A stretch of DNA of 64,000 nt. Source: an uncultured Veillonellaceae bacterium (GTDB taxonomy: Bacteria; Bacillota; Negativicutes; JARBTT01). The notes under the pieces were generated by a model. The model worked only from the letters and a program-made list of their open reading frames with translations, had not been told where the DNA came from and did no database searches. Shown here piece by piece: positions 1 to 9,990 of the stretch. How positions within the stretch are numbered: the stretch's first letter is position 1; every line of letters begins with the position of its first letter. The position numbers and the translations under genes are program-made. The stretch lies in contig CAWDTA010000002.1 in assembly GCA_963805085.1 (NCBI GenBank), positions 1,824,001 through 1,888,000 of the forward strand, read 5' to 3'.

Positions 1-1376
1 AAAATTCTAAAGAATTACGTTTTTTTGGCAAAGTCCATGAAGAGCTTCGCTTTTTAAATGGCAAAAGGAAAGCGCTATATCAAGTAGACCCAAAAGAAAT
101 CGTTCTCTACCATACCGGCTATTCTCAAAAAAGAATGCAGTTAAAATGTCAAAGAAACTTAGAAATTCTCTTAGAAGAGCTACGCGAGAATCCAGGAAAT
201 ATTAATTTATATCGTTATTTGGCTGATGTTTACAATGGACTGAATGATTATGAAAATGCAGTAAAGTATGCCAAATTGGATATTGAAACTGGTAAAAAAG
301 AAATATCCTATGCAAGTCGTTCTTATCGAGTTATCAATAGAGCACTTATTAAAATGAAAGCGCCTAAAAATGAGATAGAGCATTATTTAATAAAATCTAT
401 TGAGGCATTTCCAAATTTACCGGATTTCTATGCAGAATATGCTTTGTTAAAATACAATCATAAAGAATATGATGATGCGTTTACACTACTCACAAAGGCG
501 ATGCTGCTAAATGAAAAGTATCATGATATGGAAACTAGCTTATTTGAGAATAAGATGCCGACTACTTATTTGCTATTTGGTCTATTACATGAACGTAAAA
601 ATGATTTTGTAAAAGCAATTGAATATTATGAAAAAACATTAATGCTTGATAAATATTATCCAGAGGCATTCATATCTTTATTTCGGTTACTGCAAAATCA
701 AGAAGAAGTTTATGTGATAGGATTTTTAAATACGATCTATGATCAGCAAAATCAAAATGATTTAGATTTTCTAGTGAAGCATATTGGTTCAATTCAACAA
801 GGGAAAGTTTATTATTATTATAGCAAGAGAAAGTTGAAACAAAAAGGTGAGAAAAAAGAAGTGGATAGCTATGAACAATTGAGGCAAAGTGTGTTGTTGG
901 CACTGTCTTTGATATTAATAGATGACAAAAGTAAGGTAGAGCAGTTAGAAGTAATCTTGCCATTGCCTTATCAGAATATACTGTATCGCTATGAAGAAAT
1001 AACTGATCTAAAGCTAAGTGATGACGATTTTGTCGCATACAAAAATATAGTAGTAGAATTGTTACTTACAGATGAAAAGGAAACACTAAGTAAGTATGCA
1101 ACTTTAAGCACAGATTTTAGTAAACAAAAAACTTTAGAAATCGCGCAGCTTTTACAAGAAAAGCAATGTTTTATACAAGCATCATTCTTATATGAATACC
1201 TTTTAAATCATGATACGGATGAAAATGTAGCCGATCTTTATTTTCAATTAGGTTTTTGTGCCTATCAATTAGGAGATTATACACGAGTCGTAGAGTGTTT
1301 CGAAAAAGCTTTGAAGTTGGGGTATAAAGAGAATGATGTAAAAGAATTTTTAACTTGGAGTGTAGAAAAATTATGA
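1..1376 (+). CDS. TPR-containing GT2 glycosyltransferase, 5'-truncated by the window edge
   Basis: Frame is open from base 3 (NSKELRFFGKVHEEL...LYHTGYSQ), matching the 'HE...HTGY' end of the GT2 domain seen in the next gene, followed by TPR repeats; true start lies upstream of the window. Confidence 0.85.
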   Translation, partial: NSKELRFFGKVHEELRFLNGKRKALYQVDPKEIVLYHTGYSQKRMQLKCQRNLEILLEELRENPGNINLYRYLADVYNGLNDYENAVKYAKLDIETGKKEISYASRSYRVINRALIKMKAPKNEIEHYLIKSIEAFPNLPDFYAEYALLKYNHKEYDDAFTLLTKAMLLNEKYHDMETSLFENKMPTTYLLFGLLHERKNDFVKAIEYYEKTLMLDKYYPEAFISLFRLLQNQEEVYVIGFLNTIYDQQNQNDLDFLVKHIGSIQQGKVYYYYSKRKLKQKGEKKEVDSYEQLRQSVLLALSLILIDDKSKVEQLEVILPLPYQNILYRYEEITDLKLSDDDFVAYKNIVVELLLTDEKETLSKYATLSTDFSKQKTLEIAQLLQEKQCFIQASFLYEYLLNHDTDENVADLYFQLGFCAYQLGDYTRVVECFEKALKLGYKENDVKEFLTWSVEKL

Positions 1377-4300
1377 GAATTTCTGCTTGTGTCATCGCCA
1401 AAAATGAAGAAAATAACATTGTGAAATGTTTAAATAGCATGAAACCAATTGTCGATGAAATCATTGTTGTTGATACTGGATCAACTGATCAGACCGTTGT
1501 GTTAGCAAAAGATTGTGGGGCACTGGTGTACTCTTTCGAGTGGCAAGATGATTTTTCTGTTGCAAAGAATTTTGCCATTGAAAAGGCAAAAGGAGATTGG
1601 ATTATTTTTCTTGATGTCGATGAATATGTCAGTGAAGAATGTATTTCACAAATAAAGGATTGTTTGTTAAAGATAGAAAAGCAAGCGATTGACGCTATAA
1701 TGTGTCAATTAGTCAATATTGATATCGACAATGATAATAGAGTGAAAGATACGTTCTCGGCGATTCGGATTTTTCGCAATGCCCCAGAAATCGGTTATAA
1801 AAATGCGATTCATGAAGAATTGGTAAGTAAAAAAAATAATAAATTACGATTAGCGATATTGACTGATGAAATAAAAATTTTTCATACAGGCTATTCATCT
1901 AGCATTGTTGAAGGAAAATTAAAAAGAAATTTAGAAATTATTTTAGCTGATATCAATAAAAATGGCAAAGAAGAAAGATATTATCGCTACTTGTGTGATT
2001 GCTATCATGGCTTAAAGGAATACGAGCAAGCTGTAAAATATGCGAAGCTACATCTCGCATCGAATCAGACCTCTGTACATAGTGAAAGTATCGTTTATTT
2101 AAAAATGCTATATGCCATGACGCAAACTAATACACCGATAGACCTAATCCAAAAAGAATTTGAAAATACCATGAAAATTTTCCCTCAGATGCCAGATTTT
2201 TATGCGCAATATGCTAATTTTCTATTTGATCAAAAATTGTATACGATGGCAATTACGTATTACTTGAAATCGATTGAGGTCTATAAAAAAAATACGGATA
2301 CACAAATGGCAAGTTCCTTTGCTGGCAAATTATCAGCGATATATTGCAATTTGGGAAGGCTGTTTTCACTGAAAAATGATTCTGAATCAGCAATGAATTA
2401 TTTTTGTGAAGCATTAATCGCAGATAAATGGAATGTCTATGCGTTTCAAAATTTTTATAAGATTATGTCTAAGTATCCAGAAGTAAAAATTATCGAATTG
2501 CTAAATTCTATTTATCCTAGAAAAAAAGAAGATATTGCTTTTGTGGTAGAAAATCTATGCAAGACCGTATTAAACAAAGTATATGTTTATTATACAAATA
2601 TTTTACAAAAAGAATTTGGCATAGAGGACGATAGAATCGTACCATATCAATTGCTGAGTTTGAAAAAATATGAGGAATTATATCAATATAGTTTAAATAA
2701 TTTATGTGAAGTATCAATAGATACAAATAGCTTAGAAACAAATTTTATCAACAATACAGGAAAAACTAGCATTGTAATTTTGACTTATAACCAATTAGAC
2801 TATACAAAGTTATGTATTGAAAGTATACGTAAGTATACTGAGCCAGAAACCTATGAGCTTATCGTTGTAGATAATCATTCAACGGATGAGACGGTAAAAT
2901 GGCTAAAAACACAAATAGATATCAAATGCATTTTTAATGAGCAAAATAATGGTTTCCCGAAAGGGTGCAATCAGGGAATTGAAATTGCAAACGGTTCAGA
3001 AATTTTGTTGCTGAACAATGATACAATTGCTACTACCAACTGGTTGCTTAATTTAAAAACAGCTTTATATAGTGCTGAGAATATTGGTGCAGTAGGCCCA
3101 ATAACAAATAATTGTTCAAATTATCAAGCAATCAAAGTGGATTACAAAGATACCAATGAATTACAAGTATTTGCGCAAGGACATAATAATTCAGCTTCAG
3201 AAAAATGGGAAGAAAAAATTAAATTAGTTGGTTTTTGTATGTTAATTAAGCGTTCTATTGTTGAGAAACTTGGTGTTTTAGATGAATTGTTCACACCAGG
3301 AAATTTCGAAGATGATGATTATTCTTTTAGAATGATTCGTGCGGGGTATCGTTTATTATTATGTCATGATACCTTTATTCACCATTTTGGCAGTGTATCA
3401 TTTAAAGAAAAGCCGCAAAATTATCATGAACTTCTAAATAAAAATGCACTTAAATTTAAAGAAAAATGGGGCTTTGATGCACGATATTCTACTTTTTGTC
3501 GTAATGAAATTATTGATTTAATGGATATCAATAAACCCAATATGAAAGTGCTAGAGGTTGGTTGTGCATGTGGGACAACTTTGCTAAAGATTAAACATTT
3601 AAACAAAACGGCAGAGATTTATGGAATTGAACTTTGTCCAGAACCAGCGGCAATAGCAAAACAATTTGCAACAGTTACAGCCGAAAATATTGAACATGCT
3701 GATCTAGTATATGAAGAAGGATTCTTTGATTATATTATTTTTGCTGATGTATTAGAGCATCTATATGAACCACTTACTATTTTACAAAAAATACAAAAAT
3801 ATTTAAAACCAGATGGCTATGTTTTAGCAAGTGTTCCAAATGTTATGCATTATAGCGTTGTGAAAGATTTATTAGCAGGAAATTGGACCTATGAAGATGC
3901 TGGTATTTTAGATAGAACGCATATTAGATTTTTTACATTAAAAGAAATTGATAAAATGTTTCGTACTGGTGGATTTTCTGAATTAACCTATAATGGCGTA
4001 CATCATATTACGAATCATGACGAAAATCCAGAACAATTTATTAAAAATTTAAAATCATTAAATCTAGTACAAGACGAGGAACAATTAAAAGTTTATCAGT
4101 ATTTGGTGAAAGCTGGAAGAACGCAAAAGCTTGCGACTGAAATAATGATTAAAGAAGAAATTGCTAATGATGAACTTGATCTACAACAGCTGAAGTTTGT
4201 ACTCAGACGAATTGAAAATGATATTGATCTAAAGAAAAATATCTATGACTTGGTAGCCGCCATCAAACAAAAACAATATGATTATGAACAGATTTTAGAA

Positions 4301-4567
4301 TCAATAGAAATAAATATTTTCAAAAAATCAAAGGTTATTGCACATTTAATGACAGCCATATATGAAGAAGGCAATAAAGCTGATACATTAAAATTCGCAG
4401 AGTCTGCTTATCAAAAATATTTGAATGATGTAGCCGTTGTATATATAGTGGCCTCTATTTTATATGTATTAAAAGAAAAAGAGAAAGCTCTACTAATATT
4501 GAGGAAATTTCCAGAAAAAGATCAAAATATTATAGCATTAACAAGAAAAATATGTGGTGGTAAATAA
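1373..4567 (+). CDS. Multidomain glycosyltransferase: GT2 - TPR - second GT2 - class I SAM methyltransferase - C-terminal TPR-like domain
   Basis: ATG 1373 overlaps the upstream stop (ATGA); ISACVIAKNEE/VDTGSTD/FLDVDE; second GT2 SIVILTYN/VVDNHSTD/LLNND/FEDDD; methyltransferase motifs VLEVGCACG and FADVLEH. Confidence 0.9.
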   Translation: MRISACVIAKNEENNIVKCLNSMKPIVDEIIVVDTGSTDQTVVLAKDCGALVYSFEWQDDFSVAKNFAIEKAKGDWIIFLDVDEYVSEECISQIKDCLLKIEKQAIDAIMCQLVNIDIDNDNRVKDTFSAIRIFRNAPEIGYKNAIHEELVSKKNNKLRLAILTDEIKIFHTGYSSSIVEGKLKRNLEIILADINKNGKEERYYRYLCDCYHGLKEYEQAVKYAKLHLASNQTSVHSESIVYLKMLYAMTQTNTPIDLIQKEFENTMKIFPQMPDFYAQYANFLFDQKLYTMAITYYLKSIEVYKKNTDTQMASSFAGKLSAIYCNLGRLFSLKNDSESAMNYFCEALIADKWNVYAFQNFYKIMSKYPEVKIIELLNSIYPRKKEDIAFVVENLCKTVLNKVYVYYTNILQKEFGIEDDRIVPYQLLSLKKYEELYQYSLNNLCEVSIDTNSLETNFINNTGKTSIVILTYNQLDYTKLCIESIRKYTEPETYELIVVDNHSTDETVKWLKTQIDIKCIFNEQNNGFPKGCNQGIEIANGSEILLLNNDTIATTNWLLNLKTALYSAENIGAVGPITNNCSNYQAIKVDYKDTNELQVFAQGHNNSASEKWEEKIKLVGFCMLIKRSIVEKLGVLDELFTPGNFEDDDYSFRMIRAGYRLLLCHDTFIHHFGSVSFKEKPQNYHELLNKNALKFKEKWGFDARYSTFCRNEIIDLMDINKPNMKVLEVGCACGTTLLKIKHLNKTAEIYGIELCPEPAAIAKQFATVTAENIEHADLVYEEGFFDYIIFADVLEHLYEPLTILQKIQKYLKPDGYVLASVPNVMHYSVVKDLLAGNWTYEDAGILDRTHIRFFTLKEIDKMFRTGGFSELTYNGVHHITNHDENPEQFIKNLKSLNLVQDEEQLKVYQYLVKAGRTQKLATEIMIKEEIANDELDLQQLKFVLRRIENDIDLKKNIYDLVAAIKQKQYDYEQILESIEINIFKKSKVIAHLMTAIYEEGNKADTLKFAESAYQKYLNDVAVVYIVASILYVLKEKEKALLILRKFPEKDQNIIALTRKICGGK

Positions 4568-6136
4568 ATGGATCATAATAAAATTTGTTTTATTACTTGT
4601 GTGAATAATGAAGAAATGTATCAAGAATCAGTTTTATATATCAAGCACTTGTTAATTCCAAAAGGGTTTAGCATAGAGTTTATTGCAATTCGTGATGCTA
4701 ACTATTTGACCGAAGCCTATAATCAAGCTATGTCAGCCAGCGATGCTAAATATAAGGTATATTTGCATCAAGATCTTTTTATTATTCATAAAAATTTTAT
4801 CCGTGATATTTTAAAAATTTTTAAAAGTAATGCGCAGATTGGTATGATTGGGGTTGCTGGTGCAAAAAAAATTCCACCAGTTGCCTGTTGGTGGAAAGCT
4901 GATAAACAATATGTTTGCGTTTATGATAATACTAAAGGTAAGATGAATAGGGCCAATAGTATAGAGTTTAGAGAAGAGTATGTAAAAGTTGCGGCCATTG
5001 ATGGTTTGCTTATGGTAACGCAATATGATGTCAAATGGCGAGATGATATTTTTACTGGCTGGCATTTTTATGATGTATCGCAAAGTGTGGAATTTACAAA
5101 GCAGGGATACCAAGTTGTTGTTCCGAGATTAGCAGAACCATGGTGTATTCATGATTGTGGTCCTATGGAAATTGACAATGGATATGAGAAATATCGTAAT
5201 ATTTTTTTAGATGAATATTCTACGTATTTATTTCCGTTGGTTAGTATTTTGATTCCTACTTACAATCGTCCCCAATATTTTAAAATTGCTTTTGAAAGTG
5301 CGATAAATCAAACGTATCGTAATCTCGAAGTGATTGTCTGCGATAATAGTACCGATGAAGAGACGGCGAAAATCATGGAGTCCTATTTAAACAATCCAAG
5401 GGTGAGATATTTACGCAATAGAGATGTGAAGACAAAAGAGGGCAATTTTCAAAAGTTTAAAGATATTACAAAGGGTGAGTATATCAATTGGCTCATGGAT
5501 GATGATGTATTTCATGTAGATAAGATTACCTATATGATGCAGATTTATCTGGAGCATGAAGAGGTAAGTCTGGTTACGTCCTATCGTCAGTGGATCGATG
5601 GCGATGGAAATCCAATTGAAAGTTTAACACCATTTAAATGCGAAAAATCGGAAATCTTTGATGGTAGAGAAATTGGTAAAAAGATGCTTTTTCGCATGTC
5701 GAACTTTGTTGGGGAACCTACAACAGTATTGATCAAACGTAATTTGCTTGAGCATCATTATTGGAATGCCGATTGTCGTGGTTATAAAACAATTTCAGAT
5801 GTTGTGATGTGGTTAGAACTATTATCCAAAGGGAAAATGGCGTATATTGTCGAATCTTTAAGTTCGTTTAGAAGACATGCGCAGCAAGAGCAAGCTGGAA
5901 TCAATGTGGTTATTTTAAGTCGAATTGAATGGTATGAAATAGCAAAGGAAGCTTATGAAAATGGTTATTTTATTGAGAATGTGCAGGAATACAAACAATG
6001 TTTATTACAATTTATCAATGATGCGAATTGGTTACATCAATTTCTAAAAAATGCCGAAGATGAAATCGATAAAAAATTACACAATCGATATTTAAAAATG
6101 TTACTTGAAGCAAAAACAACTGCGCAGAAAAATTAA
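4568..6136 (+). CDS. Two-domain glycosyltransferase (StrF-like Glyco_tranf_2_5 + GT2)
   Basis: KICFITCVN...YLHQD...GWHFYD N-terminal domain; VSILIPTYNR...LMDDD...VGEPT C-terminal GT2. Confidence 0.85.
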   Translation: MDHNKICFITCVNNEEMYQESVLYIKHLLIPKGFSIEFIAIRDANYLTEAYNQAMSASDAKYKVYLHQDLFIIHKNFIRDILKIFKSNAQIGMIGVAGAKKIPPVACWWKADKQYVCVYDNTKGKMNRANSIEFREEYVKVAAIDGLLMVTQYDVKWRDDIFTGWHFYDVSQSVEFTKQGYQVVVPRLAEPWCIHDCGPMEIDNGYEKYRNIFLDEYSTYLFPLVSILIPTYNRPQYFKIAFESAINQTYRNLEVIVCDNSTDEETAKIMESYLNNPRVRYLRNRDVKTKEGNFQKFKDITKGEYINWLMDDDVFHVDKITYMMQIYLEHEEVSLVTSYRQWIDGDGNPIESLTPFKCEKSEIFDGREIGKKMLFRMSNFVGEPTTVLIKRNLLEHHYWNADCRGYKTISDVVMWLELLSKGKMAYIVESLSSFRRHAQQEQAGINVVILSRIEWYEIAKEAYENGYFIENVQEYKQCLLQFINDANWLHQFLKNAEDEIDKKLHNRYLKMLLEAKTTAQKN

Positions 6137-6183
6137 TGTATATTGCTACTTAGTTAGACTTTATAGGGAATAGGAGGGATGCT

Positions 6184-7206
6184 ATGAATGAGAATAAAAT
6201 TTGCTTTATTACTTGTGTAAATGATGAGGTGGTTTATGAAGAAGCTGTCTATTATATCAATCATTTAACTATTCCAGCGGGATTTGAAATCGAATTGATT
6301 GCAATTCGCGGGGCGAGTTGTTTAACAAAAGCTTATAACGAAGCTATGCGATCTAGCGATGCTAAATATAAGGTGTATTTACATCAAGATGTTTTTATTA
6401 TTCATAAGAATTTTATTGTAGATATCCTTCATATTTTCCAACGAGATAAAACTATCGGGATGATTGGTGTAGCGGGTGCAAAGCGATTACCAGTTTCAGC
6501 ATGTTGGTGGGAAACAAATAGTTTATATATTGGAATTTATGATACTCATCAAGGCTACATAGGGTGTGATCAATTTGGAAATTTTACTGATACTTATGAA
6601 GAGGTAGCAGCAGTTGATGGATTAATCATGATAACGCAATATGATATTCCTTGGCGAGAGGATATATTCGATGGCTGGCATTTTTATGATATTTCACAGA
6701 GTGTAGAATTTATGAAGAATAATTATAAAGTCATTATTCCAAATCAAGTAGAGCCATGGTGCATTCATGATTGTGGAATTACAGCGACAGGTGAAACTTA
6801 TGAAAAGTATCGTAATATATTTTTGGATGAATATTCCACGTATTTATTTCCGTTGGTTAGTATCGTAATTATTATTTCCGAGCATACTGAAGCGTTTTCA
6901 AATCTTTTTAAAAACATAATGAAGCAATCTTATCGTAATATTGAAATTGTCATTTTGGATTTTAGTGATAATAAAGTAATTGAAAAATATATGAAGAATT
7001 ATTTTAATAAAAGAATAAAATATTTTCAAGATGATGTTAGTAAAATAATGCAATGTAAGGGTAATTATATTTATGTTATAAAAGATGATCAGTTATTTGA
7101 TGAGAATAATATAATCCATATAATAATACATAGGTATTTGGATTACAATGAAGCTTTTCCAAAGGAATTTATTACGCAAAGTCAATTGAAAAAAATAGAG
7201 TTTTAA
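6184..7206 (+). CDS. StrF-like glycosyltransferase with a degenerate, shortened C-terminal GT2 domain
   Basis: Close paralog of the 4568 gene N-domain; C-domain lacks PTYNR and DDD and ends early; RBS GGAGG upstream. Confidence 0.8.
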   Translation: MNENKICFITCVNDEVVYEEAVYYINHLTIPAGFEIELIAIRGASCLTKAYNEAMRSSDAKYKVYLHQDVFIIHKNFIVDILHIFQRDKTIGMIGVAGAKRLPVSACWWETNSLYIGIYDTHQGYIGCDQFGNFTDTYEEVAAVDGLIMITQYDIPWREDIFDGWHFYDISQSVEFMKNNYKVIIPNQVEPWCIHDCGITATGETYEKYRNIFLDEYSTYLFPLVSIVIIISEHTEAFSNLFKNIMKQSYRNIEIVILDFSDNKVIEKYMKNYFNKRIKYFQDDVSKIMQCKGNYIYVIKDDQLFDENNIIHIIIHRYLDYNEAFPKEFITQSQLKKIEF

Positions 7207-7235
7207 TTTTTGTAGGAATAGGGTTGTGAACTGAT

Positions 7236-8816
7236 ATGAATGAAAATGAAATAACATTTATTATATCTGTAAAAAATCAAGAAAATTATCAACAATGCTT
7301 GTCATATTTATCCAGACTTCGTGTTCCTGAAGGAATGGAAGCAAATGTAGTGTCAGTATTGCAAGAAGATGATTTAGGGACTGCGTATAATCAAGGAATG
7401 AAAGAGAGTAATGCAAAATATAAAGTATATTTGGATGAAAATACGTGGATTTTAAATTCGAATTTTATTGATGATATAATTAATATATTTAATGTGAATG
7501 TAATTATTGGGATGATTGGTATAGCTGGGACAGAGATTATACCTACACACGCAATTTGTCCAAAAGCAAAGAATCGTTATGGGATAATAACAGATAGAGA
7601 TAAAAATCAGGATATGGCATGGGAACAACCTGCAGCATTATATAAAAGAGTTGAAGCTTTAGATGACTGGCTACTTGTAACTCAATATGATGTTCCTTGG
7701 CGTGAAAACTTCTTCCATAAGAATGGATTATATGCTTTATCACAAAGTATAGAATTTAAAAGGGCAGGATATATGGTAGCGGTACCATATCAGGAAAAAC
7801 CATGGTGTTCTGGTATCTCCAATTTTGAAGAGGCAGATATAGACCGAGATATATTCCTAGATGAATATTCGGTGGATATATTTCCGTTGGTTAGTATTTT
7901 AATTCCTACTTGTAATCGTCCACATTTTCTTCCTATTGCATTAGAAAGTGCGATAAAACAGACTTATAGAAATATAGAAATTCTTATCGGTGATAATAGC
8001 CAGGATGATCTTACCAAAGAAATTGTAAAAAAGTACTTGGAAAAATATAAAAATATATTTTATGTGAAAAATATAAATGATACAGATAGTGCCTATAAAA
8101 ATTATCATGGACTGTTAAGAGGTAGTAAGGGGGATTATATTAACTACCTGATGGATGATGATATTTTTCATATAGAAAAAATTACTAAAATGATGAATTA
8201 TTTTTTGGAATACCCCAATATAAGTTTGGTAACATCTCATCGGGATGTGATAGATGTAAATGGCAGAGTCTCTCCAGGCTTTTTTCAGCCATTATCAGAG
8301 AGTGATGTTGTTGAAGATGGAAAGTTAGTAGCAAAACATTTAATTCATAAAATGGTAAATTTTGTTGGAGAACCAACTACGGTACTATTGAAAAAGAAAG
8401 ATATTGATTTTGCTTTTGGAACATATGCTGGTCGATCTTTTATGTATATGGGGGATTTAGCGCAATGGATTCAATCTTTAAAATACGGAAATTTTGTTTG
8501 GATTAGGGAAACATTAAGCTATTTTCGAATGCATTCGCAACAAGGGCAAAGAGATAGTTTTTCACAATTATGTATGTATACAGAAAATTTTATTTTGTTG
8601 AAATATGCTAAAAAAGAATATTTTGCAACTGAAGCAGAATATTTACAAACTTTGAAAAACGTTTATTGTTTATTTGAACAACTTAATGAAAAAGTTGATT
8701 TGCAAAACAAAGCAAAATGTGAAGCATCGTTTTACTATAATAGTAAAATATTTAACGATTATAATGAAATTATTAGGCGGGTGCAAAAATTTTTGCGCGA
8801 AAGAAATTTAATATGA
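7236..8816 (+). CDS. Two-domain glycosyltransferase (divergent StrF-like + GT2)
   Basis: AYNQGM..SNAKYKVYLDE N-domain; VSILIPTCNR...LMDDD...VGEPT GT2. Confidence 0.85.
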   Translation: MNENEITFIISVKNQENYQQCLSYLSRLRVPEGMEANVVSVLQEDDLGTAYNQGMKESNAKYKVYLDENTWILNSNFIDDIINIFNVNVIIGMIGIAGTEIIPTHAICPKAKNRYGIITDRDKNQDMAWEQPAALYKRVEALDDWLLVTQYDVPWRENFFHKNGLYALSQSIEFKRAGYMVAVPYQEKPWCSGISNFEEADIDRDIFLDEYSVDIFPLVSILIPTCNRPHFLPIALESAIKQTYRNIEILIGDNSQDDLTKEIVKKYLEKYKNIFYVKNINDTDSAYKNYHGLLRGSKGDYINYLMDDDIFHIEKITKMMNYFLEYPNISLVTSHRDVIDVNGRVSPGFFQPLSESDVVEDGKLVAKHLIHKMVNFVGEPTTVLLKKKDIDFAFGTYAGRSFMYMGDLAQWIQSLKYGNFVWIRETLSYFRMHSQQGQRDSFSQLCMYTENFILLKYAKKEYFATEAEYLQTLKNVYCLFEQLNEKVDLQNKAKCEASFYYNSKIFNDYNEIIRRVQKFLRERNLI

Positions 8817-8870
8817 AGTAATTGTGTGAATATGATTTTGTAAATGTAGTTTATTGAATGGAGTGAGGAT

Positions 8871-9974
8871 ATGATTATAAGAGCAAAAACAATAGAGCTT
8901 TTTAACACAGATATTAAAAATATTCAACGAAGAGAGAATAGTGATGTTAATTTAAAAGAGAGTGAAGATAAAGTTATTGAATGTACATCATATCCACGTA
9001 GGATTGTATTTGAATTAACGAATGCGTGTAATATGAATTGCATTATGTGTGGACGAAACGATACGAAGTTTATACCCACATTTTTTGATATAAATTGGAT
9101 TGATAAATTGGCTGAACCATTACAATATACTGAAGAAGTGACTTTGATGGGATGGGGTGAGCCGACACTTCATCCACAGTTTGTAAAAATTTTAGATAAA
9201 TTGAGTCAATATGATTTAAGAAAATATTTTTGTACAAATGGAATGAAGCTGGCAGAATTGTTACCAGCAATATTTAAATATAAAGTAGACATTATTGCTA
9301 TTAGTCTTGATGGTGCAACTGTAGAGATGAATAATAAAATTCGGCGAGGATCCGATTTTGATTGTATTTGTGCGTCGTTAAAAAAAATTGTTCAATATAA
9401 AAAGCAACATCAACTTTCGTATCCGTATATGAATTTTGTTTTTACAGCGATGAAATCAAATTTAAACCAAATTCCAGAGCTTGTTAAACTAGCAGCAGAA
9501 ATCGGTTTAGACGAAGTGAAGGTTGTATATTTGACTGCTTTTGGAACTGAAATGTTATATGAATCTTTGTATGATTGTCAAGATGAAGTTAAAAATATTT
9601 TTGTTAAGGCAGATGAACTTGGTAAGGCTTTAGGGGTAAAGATAAAGTTGCCTTATCTTCAAGGAGAAGATATTGCTGAAAATAAAATGCATAAAGATTG
9701 TTATGTCAGCTGGAGAGATTTCTTTTTAGGATCAGATGGCTATGTAAGGCCATGTATGTCAACACCAATTAAGTTCTTAAAATTTGAAGAGTTTAAGGAT
9801 TTTAATGCGTTGTGGAATTCTGAAGTATATAGAAATTTCAGACGGACTGTAAATAATGAAAAGCAGATGAATGAATCGTGTAAGATATGTTATCAATCAT
9901 CTTACACCAATTGGAATAAAAAAGAATCTTTCATCCAAATTGGCGAAGTTTTTGCGCCTGAATGGGAAAAATAA
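8871..9974 (+). CDS. Radical SAM protein with SPASM/twitch-type C-terminal Cys cluster
   Basis: CNMNCIMC (CxxxCxxC), GWGEP, TNG; C-terminal C...GYVRPC...CKIC. Confidence 0.9.
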   Translation: MIIRAKTIELFNTDIKNIQRRENSDVNLKESEDKVIECTSYPRRIVFELTNACNMNCIMCGRNDTKFIPTFFDINWIDKLAEPLQYTEEVTLMGWGEPTLHPQFVKILDKLSQYDLRKYFCTNGMKLAELLPAIFKYKVDIIAISLDGATVEMNNKIRRGSDFDCICASLKKIVQYKKQHQLSYPYMNFVFTAMKSNLNQIPELVKLAAEIGLDEVKVVYLTAFGTEMLYESLYDCQDEVKNIFVKADELGKALGVKIKLPYLQGEDIAENKMHKDCYVSWRDFFLGSDGYVRPCMSTPIKFLKFEEFKDFNALWNSEVYRNFRRTVNNEKQMNESCKICYQSSYTNWNKKESFIQIGEVFAPEWEK

Positions 9975-9990
9975 AATGGAGAATATAAAA

